Of a DNA stretch of 32,000 nt, positions 11,901 through 17,400 are shown in pieces. The stretch covers positions 2,970,001-3,002,000 of the forward strand of contig NZ_CP011304.1 in assembly GCF_000981785.2 (NCBI RefSeq), in the 5' to 3' direction. The translations under genes were made by a program, and so were the position numbers. Each line of letters opens with the position of its first letter. Position 1 is the first letter of the stretch. This DNA is from Microcystis aeruginosa NIES-2549. Lineage in GTDB: Bacteria; Cyanobacteriota; Cyanobacteriia; Cyanobacteriales; Microcystaceae. The notes beneath the pieces are model-generated. The model searched no databases, had not been told where the DNA came from, and saw nothing but the letters and a program-made list of their open reading frames with translations.

Positions 11901-14900
11901 GGGGGGCAATGAGCCGTCAAAATTATATAAAACGGGAGACTTAGCCCGTTATTTACCCGATGGTAAAATCGAATATTTAGGACGCATTGACAATCAAGTA
12001 AAACTTCGCGGCTTCCGTATTGAATTAGGAGAAATTGAGGCCTTACTCAACCAAAATGAGGCGGTACAGTCTTCTTGTGTGATTGTTCGTGAAGATAATC
12101 TAGGGGATAAACGCTTAGTTGCTTACGTTGTACCGCAACCCGAAATCCACCTGACAATTAACGAAATACGGCAATTTTTGCGAGCAAAATTACCCGATTA
12201 TATGGTTCCTACTGCGTTTGTCCTTCTTGATACTTTCCCCTTAACTCCCAATGGCAAAATCGACCGCCGTGCTTTACCTGTTCCCGATTTACAGAGCCAA
12301 GGTGAATATATAGCCCCCCGTAATCCCATTGAAGAAAAAATGGCGCAGATTTGGGCTGAGGTACTGAAATTAGAACGAGTCAGTATTGAGGATAATTTCT
12401 TTGAATTAGGGGGACATTCTCTGTTGGCGACTCAAGTTATTTCTCGATTACAGGAAACCTTTGAGATTGTTGTTCCCTTGCGTTATCTGTTTGAATCCCC
12501 AACCATTGCTCAGTTAAGTGGGGTAATTTTAAAAGAACTGCAAACAGGTTTAGGGTCAAAGCTACCATCAATTGTCCCCGTTAATCGAGAGGAGGACATT
12601 CCCCTATCCTGGGCCCAGGAACGTCTCTGGTTTGTGAATCAATTAGAAGGAGAAAGTGGGGCTTATACTATTGATTTAACGATGCGTTTGCGCGGAAATC
12701 TCAATGTTAAAGCCTTAGAAAAAGCTTTCCAGGCAATTATTCAACGCCATGAACCCCTACGGACTCAATTTAAACTCAAAGATAACAAACCAATACAAGC
12801 GATCGATCCTAATGTAACCTTCACCTTACCAGTTGTTAATCTGCAAAACCTCAGTCATTCTGAGCAACAGGTAAAAAACCTGTTATTAGCAGCAGCATCC
12901 GAACCCTTTGATCTCGAATCAGGGTCAGTATTACGAGTCAAATTATGGCAAGTCAAGACAGAGGAATATGTACTATTATTAGCTATTCATCATATTGCGG
13001 CGGATGGTTGGTCATTAGGTGTTTTAGTTGACGAATTATCGGTCTATTATCGAAGTTTCTGCACCGGTACAAAAGCAGATTTACCTGATTTATCAATACA
13101 GTATGCTGACTTTGCCGTGTGGCAGCGTCAATGGTTAACTAATGAAGTATTAGACCGTCAATTAAGCTACTGGAAGCAACAATTAACCGGGGTTCCCCTA
13201 CTACACCAACTTCCCACAGACCGTCCCCGGCCAGCAATCCAAAGTTTTCGCGGTGGGACGGAGCGACTGCAACTAGATAGTCAACTAACGCAACAACTGA
13301 AAAAACTCAGTCAAGAGTCCGGTAGCACTCTCTTTATGACATTACTAGCGGGTTTTGCTGTGTTACTATCTCGTTATAGTCAACAAACAGATGTGGTAAT
13401 TGGTTCACCAATTGCTAACCGTAACCGCACCGAAATTGAAGGGTTAATTGGCTTTTTTGTCAATACTTTAGTGTTAAGATTTAATTTATCTCAAGACCCG
13501 ACCTTTGAAGATTTTCTCGCGCAAGTCAGACAAACTACTCAAAACGCTTACGACCATCAAGATTTACCCTTCGAGATGTTAGTCGAAAAATTACAAATTG
13601 AGCGTCATTTAGATCGTAATCCTTTAACACAGATAGTTTTTGCCCTTCAGAATGCTCCTAGTTCTCCCTGGGATTTACCCGGAGTAAACATTGAGGAGAT
13701 ACCATCAGGACTTGATTCAGTTAGGGTTGACTTAGAAGTTTACCTCTGGGATGCACCCGAAGGATTAGGCGGTTTTTGCTCTTATAACAGGGATTTATTT
13801 GATGCTGAAACTATTGTCCGTATGATGAATCATTTTACGACTTTGTTAGCGGCAATTGTGGAAAATCCCCGTCAATCATTAGCTTCACTACCCTTATTAA
13901 ACCCAGAGGAAGAGTATCAACTATTAGAGGAGTGGAATGAGACAAAAGCAGATTACTCCTATAACAAGTGTATTCATCAATTAATTGAGGAACAAGCAGC
14001 GCGTACCCCTGATGCAGTAGCAGTAGTCTTTGAAAATCAACAGTTGACCTATGCAGAATTAAATAGTCGGGCCAATCAACTAGCTCACTATTTACGCTCT
14101 TTAGGTGTAGAAACCGAGGTAATAGTCGGTTTATGTGTAGAGCGCTCTTTAGACATGATTGTGGCATTAATAGGCATCCTTAAAGCCGGTGCTGCCTATC
14201 TACCCCTTGACCCAGAATATCCTCAAGAACGCTTACAATTTATGTTAGAGGATAGTCAAGTACCCTTATTACTAACCCAAAGTTCACTGATTGATAAACT
14301 CCCAAATCATCAAGCTAAAGCTGTATTTTTAGCTGAAATTTGGACAGAAATTAAACCAATGAACTGGGATAATTTGACGGGGAAGGTAACAGCTTCTAAT
14401 TTAGCTAATGTGATTTATACTTCTGGTTCTACGGGTAAACCTAAAGGGGTGATGGTTGAACATCAAGGGTTATGTAACTTAGCTCTGGCGCAAATTCAGA
14501 CTTTTGCTGTGTCTTCTCAGAGTCGAGTGCTTCAGTTTGCTTCTTTTAGTTTTGATGCCTGTATTTGGGAAGTTTTGATGGCTTTGGGAGCAGGAGCGGC
14601 ACTTTATTTAGCAAGTAAAGACAATTTAATGCCCGGTTTACCCTTAATCAAGCAATTACGGGAGAATAAGATTACTCATATTACTCTACCGCCATCAGCT
14701 TTAGCGGTTCTGTCTTGGGAAAATCTTTCCTCTCTGCAAACTATTATTGTCGCCGGGGAAGCTTGTTCTCCTGAATTGGTGAAAAAATGGTCACAGGGAC
14801 GAAGTTTCTTTAATGGTTATGGACCCACAGAAGGAAGTGTTTGTGCAACGGTAGCTAAATGTACGCCTGTTGATGCAAAAATAACTATTGGTCGGCCAAT

Positions 14901-17067
14901 TCCTCATGTGCAGGTTTATATTTTAGACTCGCATTTACAACCGGTTCCTATCGGTGTACCGGGGGAATTACATATCGGAGGAGCAGGGGTAGCCAGAGGT
15001 TATTTGAATCGCCCAGAATTGACAGCAGAGAAATTTATCTATTTAGAAAACAAGGAACAGTTAAAAGGTAAACGTTTGTATAAAACAGGAGATTTAGCTC
15101 GTTATTTACCTGATGGAAAAATTGAATATCTGGGACGAATTGACAATCAGGTTAAAGTAAGGGGTTTCCGCCTTGAATTAGGGGAAATTGAAGCAGTTTT
15201 GAGCCAACATCCCCTAGTACAAGAAGCGGTTGTGATGGCTCGCGCTGATCAGGCAAGTGATCATGATTATGATCAGCTTAATACTAATTTGGTAGCCTAC
15301 TTAGTTCCGGCTCTCAAGGGTCAAGTATTGCCCGAACAGCTTGCTCAATGGCAGAGTGAATATGTTAGTGATTGGCAAAAGATTTACGAAGAATCCTACA
15401 GTAAACCCCAACCTCAAACCGATGACCCCACTTTTAATATTAGTGGTTGGAATAGTAGTTATACGCGACAAGCTATTCCCGCAGCAGAAATGCAGGAATG
15501 GGTTGATCAGACGGTGAGCCGAATTTTAGGAAATCAACCACCACAACGAGTGTTAGAAATTGGTTGCGGAAGTGGATTATTGCTATTCCGTGTGGCGAAA
15601 CATTGTCAGGAATATTGGGGAGCCGATTATTCCGCTGCTACTATTAATAACCTCGAACATTTATGTAGCACAATTGAGGGTTTAGAGGGCAAAGTAAGAT
15701 TATTACACCGAACAGCCGATGATTTTACCGGCATTCCCCAAGCTACTTTTGATCGAGTAGTAATTAACTCTGTGGTTCAGTATTTCCCTAGTGTCGACTA
15801 TCTATTACAAGTTATCGCAGGAGCAGTCAAGACGATTGCAGATCGGGGTAAGATTTTCTTAGGCGATATCCGTAGTTTGTCCTTACTAGAGCCTTACCAT
15901 GCCGCGGTACAGTTAGCTCGCACTGAAGCTAATAAAACCCTTGAAGAATGGCAAAAACAGGTGAATCAAAGTGTAGCTACCGAAGAAGAATTGTTAATTG
16001 AACCTCAGTTCTTTATCGCGCTTAAACAACGCTTTCCGCGAATTTCTTGGGTAGAAATTGCACCGAAACGGGGTCAGGCTGACAATGAGTTAACCCAATT
16101 CCGCTATGATGTTACTTTACATCTGGATACTGATGGGCAAAAAACGACAATTCCTTGGCTAAATTGGCAGCGGGAGCGGTTTTCTTTAGGGCAACTACAA
16201 GATAAACTAAAACTGGAACAACCAGAATATTTAGGTATCAGAGATGTCCCCAATCAACGAGTACAAAAGGCACTACAAATTTTAGACTGTTTAGAAAATC
16301 CTCCAGGGGTAAAAACGGTGGGAGAATTGCGGCAATTGTTAGCAAAAAATACCGGAATAGGGATTAATCCTGAGCAAATGTGGCAACTGGGAGAACAGTT
16401 AGGTTACACTGTTCATCTCAGTTGGTGGGAAGGTAGTCAAGATGGTTCTTTCGATGTGGTTTTCTGTCGCCAGAATGCCATCCTAGAACCGATAATAAGT
16501 AAAGTTGATCAACAACCATACCCCAATTTTTGGAATGATGAGACGATTATTCCCAAATCCTGGACTGATTATACGAATAATCCTCTATATGGAAAATTAG
16601 TCCAGAAGTTAGTGCCACAGGTGCGGGAATTTGTCCAACAAAAGCTACCTAGTTATATGGTTCCCCAGGCTTTTGTTTTGCTTAATACCCTACCCTTGAC
16701 TCCTAATGGTAAAGTAGATCGGCAGGCTTTGCCTACCCCCGATACAGCTACACGCAATTTAGCTACGGGATTTCTCGCACCTCGCACCCCGATTGAAACT
16801 CAAATGTCTCAAATTTGGAGTGAAGTTTTGGGAGTCGAACGTATTGGAATTAAGGATAATTTCTTTGAATTGGGAGGACATTCTTTGTTAGCAACTCAGG
16901 TTATCTCCCGTTCCCGCGATCTTTTCTCGGTGGAATTGTCTTTACAAAATTTGCTGGAATACCCAACTATCGCTAATTTAGCCCAAATCATCGAAGTTCT
17001 TACCGTTGCACCGGGAGAAACAGCTATGACTGAAAGCTTGGAAGATTATGAGGATGGTGAATTATAA
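2902..17067 (+). CDS. mcnB: Four-module NRPS (C-A-T)x3 + C-A(N-MT)-T, McnB-like cyanopeptolin synthetase
   Basis: 4721-aa ORF.
- Four HHxxxDGWS C-domain motifs at ~3313, 6571, 9775 and 12988.
- Four YTSGSTGxPKG A3 cores at ~4741, 8004, 11206 and 14413.
- Four FFE(L/I)GGHSLLA PCP motifs at ~5980, 9181, 12397 and 16861.
- By-eye specificity residues: A1 D-A-E-G-V-G-A-I-A (acidic position 239; closest to Arg-type codes as I recall them); A2 D-V-E-N-A-G-V-V-T (the code I remember for the Ahp-position module of mcn/oci/apd); A3 D-A-F-F-L-G-V-T-F (Ile); A4 D-A-W-T-I-A-G-V-C (Phe/Tyr type).
- The SAM motif VLEIGCGSGLL is embedded between A8 and A9 of module 4. Confidence 0.9.
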   Translation: MNFEELPLSYAQQRLWFLDQLEPNSPFYNISLALHLAGNLQVDVLEKSLQEIIQRHESLRTNFATIEGNPVQIIKPESNWQLTLVNGKDSPKYREEQEIKKWLEIHSHQPFDLANDSLIRVTLLKLSDTEHFLLICLHHIVSDGWSMGVFIEELTTLYNAYTKGLEPLLQELPIQYADFAIWQREYLQGEIRQNQLNYWQKQLAAAPALLHLPTDYPRPLQQSFQGDRIKCILSPELSQGLNKLSREKGVTLFMTLLTAFKVLLYRYTGQTDILVGTPIANRTRSELAGLIGFFVNTLVLRTDLARNPSFSELLKQVRETATDAYDHQDLPFEMLVEALQPERNMSYTPLFQVMFGLDNEIVDSIDLEGIKATRQPLEFKTSKFDLSLSIQVKEAGLTAIWEYNTDLFDKSTIERLSEHFVNLLTGIIANPEQVIGQLPLLTKSESNQLLFDWNQTKIDYKNDLCLHQLFEQQVKQNPQAIAVRLEDEFLTYDELNCKANQLAHYLQSLGVKSESLVGIFVERSLDMIIGILGILKAGGAYVPLDINYPKERITYILEDTQLSILLTQSQLLEQLPAFQGTTICLDQDWSTIAKQSTVNPLVAVEQHNLAYLIYTSGSTGQPKGVMIEHRSVVNYILTTIREYGITSEDQILQCSSICFDASVEEIFVSLLSGATLVLRTEEMLRSSEDFWQCCQKWQLTVLGIPTAYWHQLASELTPDTLPILSKIKLIVIGGEAIQPAKVQQWQTITGQYSPLPRLFNAYGPTEATIAATFSEFTSPTITNIPIGRPISNTQVYILDACLQPVPVGVAGELHIGGMGLARGYFNRPELTQEKFIPNSFEKDEVIPPTPLNKGGNEPSKLYKTGDLCRYLPDGNIEYLGRIDNQVKIRGFRIELGEIETVLSQHNAVKTAVVIAQEDETNQKRLVAYIIPKIEIISAPKEENSLNVTELRQFLKAKLPEYMIPSAFVILESLPLTPNGKIDHRALPAPEFQSQEQYIAPRNPIEEILSSIWAKVLKVAQVGIHDNFFELGGHSLLATQLISRIREAFQVEMPLRELFVAPTIAELSQEIKRLSEGEQLTELPILPRDKAAELPLSFAQTRLWFLAEFESNSSFYNIPLALRLEGTLNSEILIQSLEEICDRHEALRTNFITVDGIPTQVVQARNWTVTVVDLQHLSGSEKVIASQELAQNQAIQPFDLAREPLIRITLVVLSETEHLLLVCMHHIVSDGWSMGVFLQELTALYNAYIQGLSSPLNPLSIQYGDFTLWQRQWLQGEVLQQQLDYWQKQLAGAPALLSLPTDRPRPNQQSFAGGHLPFSLSLELTEKLTQLTQEQGVTLFMTLLTAYAVLLYRYTEQEDILIGTPIANRNRSELEGLIGFFVNTLVLRIDLSGKPNFNQLLGRVREMAMDAYAHQDLPFEMLVEVLQPERDLSHAPLFQVDFLLQNSPPSPLELTGLTATPLTTENETAKFDLTLAMENTGAELKGVWEYNTDLFDRSTIERLTGNFITLLEALVVNPQQPIFQLPLLTEVEAKELLKDWNATEKEYPLHQCIHHLFEEQAARTPAAVAVVFEGQELTYQELNIQANQLAHYLQSLGVNSEVLVGIYLERSLLVIVGLLAVLKAGGAYIPLDPDYPQQRLTYMAEDAQISLLLTQESLLDSLPVEDLGVIVLDKLAEKLTVQSPENPLSEVVPENLLCLLYTSGSTGKPKGVMLTHAALVNHSWGISEVFGLTESDRVLQFASFGFDVAAEEIFPTWLKGGTVVLRPGQMFPTLTDFADFIEQESLTVLNITPAYWHEWAIAVSQSLATVPSSLRVVAVGGDAVLPETVNIWRQMVGKRVECINVYGPTEASVTAIVHDLLDYQSEKINSVLIGRPIANTKAYILDQNLQPVPIGVKGELHLCGVRLARGYLNRPELTAEKFIDNPFANAAFNRLYKTGDLARYLPDGNIECFGRIDNQVKIRGFRIELGEIEAVLNQNIDVQTSCVIIREDTPGDKYLVAYIVAHYERIPMISELRQFLSSKLPLYMVPQAFVFLESLPLTTNRKVDRRALPAPDKIGNRRDQYVAPRNGIEEMLVQIWTEILKIEQVGIYDNFFEIGGHSLLATQLVSRIRSLFKIELPLRSLFAAATVAELAHLIGQLQQQNLTLTVPPILPRTKDTELPLSFAQQRLWFLDQLQPNSALYNIPMVLHFRGNLNQKALEQSLREICDRHEVLRTNFVTIDGQPTQIIQTTRETISVVDLQDLPIHEQEEKTEQLKQKQATQPFDLAKESLIRITLVVLSETEHLLLVCMHHIISDGWSIEVFIHELTTLYNAYVQNHPANLAPLPIQYADFAVWQKQWLQGDVLQSQLNYWQNQLTAAPPLLSLPTDHPRPAVQSFVGTQQEFSLSPKLSQALTELSRQQGVTLFMTLLAAFDALLYRYTGSSDILVGTPIANRNRGEIEGLIGFFVNTLVMRTDLSDNPSFSQLLTRVREVTMDAYAHQDLPFEMLVEALQPERDLSHTPLFQVAFVLQNTPKSEIGMTGLTVTDLPPENTTAKFDLTLAMVNTDDGLKGVWEYNTDLFESSTIERLSGHFLNLLGGIAANPQARISQLPLLTESETNQLLIEWNNTQVDYPEYKCIHQLFEEQVKRTPDAVAVVCSDQQLTYNELNCRANQLAHYLQKLVVKPDELVGICLERSLDMIVGLLAILKVGGAYVPIDPDYPQERISFMLQDTQVKIILTCESLQNSLPNHQTIVICLDKDWEQINQASPENLNSTVSADNLAYVIYTSGSTGIPKGVIVTHQAVNRLVLNTNYIQFTPDDRVVQASNIAFDAATFEIWGALLNGAKIVIIAKSVLLSPQELALSLKENRISVLFLTTALFNQLANLVPQAFSSLRCLLFGGEAVEPKWVQEVLEKGAPQRLLHVYGPTENTTFSSWYLVENVASTATTIPIGKAIANTQIYLLDKNLQPVPIGVVGELHIGGAGLAKGYLNRPQLTQEKFIPNPFEKDEVIPPTPLNKGGNEPSKLYKTGDLARYLPDGKIEYLGRIDNQVKLRGFRIELGEIEALLNQNEAVQSSCVIVREDNLGDKRLVAYVVPQPEIHLTINEIRQFLRAKLPDYMVPTAFVLLDTFPLTPNGKIDRRALPVPDLQSQGEYIAPRNPIEEKMAQIWAEVLKLERVSIEDNFFELGGHSLLATQVISRLQETFEIVVPLRYLFESPTIAQLSGVILKELQTGLGSKLPSIVPVNREEDIPLSWAQERLWFVNQLEGESGAYTIDLTMRLRGNLNVKALEKAFQAIIQRHEPLRTQFKLKDNKPIQAIDPNVTFTLPVVNLQNLSHSEQQVKNLLLAAASEPFDLESGSVLRVKLWQVKTEEYVLLLAIHHIAADGWSLGVLVDELSVYYRSFCTGTKADLPDLSIQYADFAVWQRQWLTNEVLDRQLSYWKQQLTGVPLLHQLPTDRPRPAIQSFRGGTERLQLDSQLTQQLKKLSQESGSTLFMTLLAGFAVLLSRYSQQTDVVIGSPIANRNRTEIEGLIGFFVNTLVLRFNLSQDPTFEDFLAQVRQTTQNAYDHQDLPFEMLVEKLQIERHLDRNPLTQIVFALQNAPSSPWDLPGVNIEEIPSGLDSVRVDLEVYLWDAPEGLGGFCSYNRDLFDAETIVRMMNHFTTLLAAIVENPRQSLASLPLLNPEEEYQLLEEWNETKADYSYNKCIHQLIEEQAARTPDAVAVVFENQQLTYAELNSRANQLAHYLRSLGVETEVIVGLCVERSLDMIVALIGILKAGAAYLPLDPEYPQERLQFMLEDSQVPLLLTQSSLIDKLPNHQAKAVFLAEIWTEIKPMNWDNLTGKVTASNLANVIYTSGSTGKPKGVMVEHQGLCNLALAQIQTFAVSSQSRVLQFASFSFDACIWEVLMALGAGAALYLASKDNLMPGLPLIKQLRENKITHITLPPSALAVLSWENLSSLQTIIVAGEACSPELVKKWSQGRSFFNGYGPTEGSVCATVAKCTPVDAKITIGRPIPHVQVYILDSHLQPVPIGVPGELHIGGAGVARGYLNRPELTAEKFIYLENKEQLKGKRLYKTGDLARYLPDGKIEYLGRIDNQVKVRGFRLELGEIEAVLSQHPLVQEAVVMARADQASDHDYDQLNTNLVAYLVPALKGQVLPEQLAQWQSEYVSDWQKIYEESYSKPQPQTDDPTFNISGWNSSYTRQAIPAAEMQEWVDQTVSRILGNQPPQRVLEIGCGSGLLLFRVAKHCQEYWGADYSAATINNLEHLCSTIEGLEGKVRLLHRTADDFTGIPQATFDRVVINSVVQYFPSVDYLLQVIAGAVKTIADRGKIFLGDIRSLSLLEPYHAAVQLARTEANKTLEEWQKQVNQSVATEEELLIEPQFFIALKQRFPRISWVEIAPKRGQADNELTQFRYDVTLHLDTDGQKTTIPWLNWQRERFSLGQLQDKLKLEQPEYLGIRDVPNQRVQKALQILDCLENPPGVKTVGELRQLLAKNTGIGINPEQMWQLGEQLGYTVHLSWWEGSQDGSFDVVFCRQNAILEPIISKVDQQPYPNFWNDETIIPKSWTDYTNNPLYGKLVQKLVPQVREFVQQKLPSYMVPQAFVLLNTLPLTPNGKVDRQALPTPDTATRNLATGFLAPRTPIETQMSQIWSEVLGVERIGIKDNFFELGGHSLLATQVISRSRDLFSVELSLQNLLEYPTIANLAQIIEVLTVAPGETAMTESLEDYEDGEL
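5422..5481 (+). repeat. 60-bp in-frame cassette, copy 2 (McnB-like A1)
   Basis: Nucleotide-identical to 2168-2227 and in the same A6-A7 loop position. Confidence 0.9.
10756..11862 (+). repeat. Near-identical A-domain segment, copy 1 (McnB-like module 3)
   Basis: Aligns colinearly with 18835-19941 at an offset of 8079. I count 5 differences across 10831-11862 (1032 nt) and 6 across 10756-10830. Confidence 0.95.
11863..11922 (+). repeat. 60-bp in-frame cassette, copy 3 (McnB-like A3)
   Basis: Nucleotide-identical to 2168-2227 and in the same A6-A7 loop position. The otherwise near-identical A domain in McnC-like has FSNYPDSR here instead. Confidence 0.9.
15250..16620 (+). other. N-methyltransferase domain inserted in the fourth A domain of McnB-like protein (approximate bounds)
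   Basis: About 450 extra residues lie between GRIDNQVKVRGFRLELGEIE (A8) and LPSYMVPQAFVLLNTLPLTPNGKVDRQAL (A9/A10). They contain VLEIGCGSGLLLF (SAM motif I, ~15550-15588). This placement is typical of NRPS N-MT domains. Confidence 0.85.
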
Positions 17068-17232
17068 AAACAGTTAAAGTTTTAGCTGATTTCAATAGTT
17101 TAGCAAGACAGTTAAAACGGCAAAGGACAAATATTGATCCTAGTCAATGGCAATCTGATGGACTTTTTCATCCTCAGGGCAAACTTCGTGATTTAGAGCT
17201 AATTTAACAACAACTTTGGAGGCAATTGGTAA

Positions 17233-17400
17233 GTGAAAGTAGGAGATTTTTTAGCGTATTTGAAGGGTTTAGAGATTAAACTATGGCTGGAAGGCGAAAA
17301 ACTTCGTTTTCAGGCTCCCAAAGGGGTTATGACCCCAGAAATTAAAGAAGAAATCGCCGCCAAAAAACCTGAAATTTTGGACTTTTTAAGAGCGGCAAAA
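17233..17400 (+). other. TubC-N-like beta-hairpin docking domain at N-terminus of the terminal module
   Basis: The sequence (M)KVGDFLAYLKGLEIKLWLEGEKLRFQAPKGVMTPEIKEEIAAKKPEILDFL matches the LWxEGxxLRxxAPxGxxTPExxxxxxxxKxEIL pattern of NRPS N-terminal docking domains. It precedes the C domain. Confidence 0.7.

Noticed and set aside
17068-17232. Intergenic spacer between mcnB and mcnC, which can be read as a short peptide (…QWQSDGLFHPQGKLRDLELI)
   Set aside because: It has no start codon or SD in that frame and no family resemblance I can name. I treat it as a non-coding spacer carrying the GGAGG SD for the next gene.
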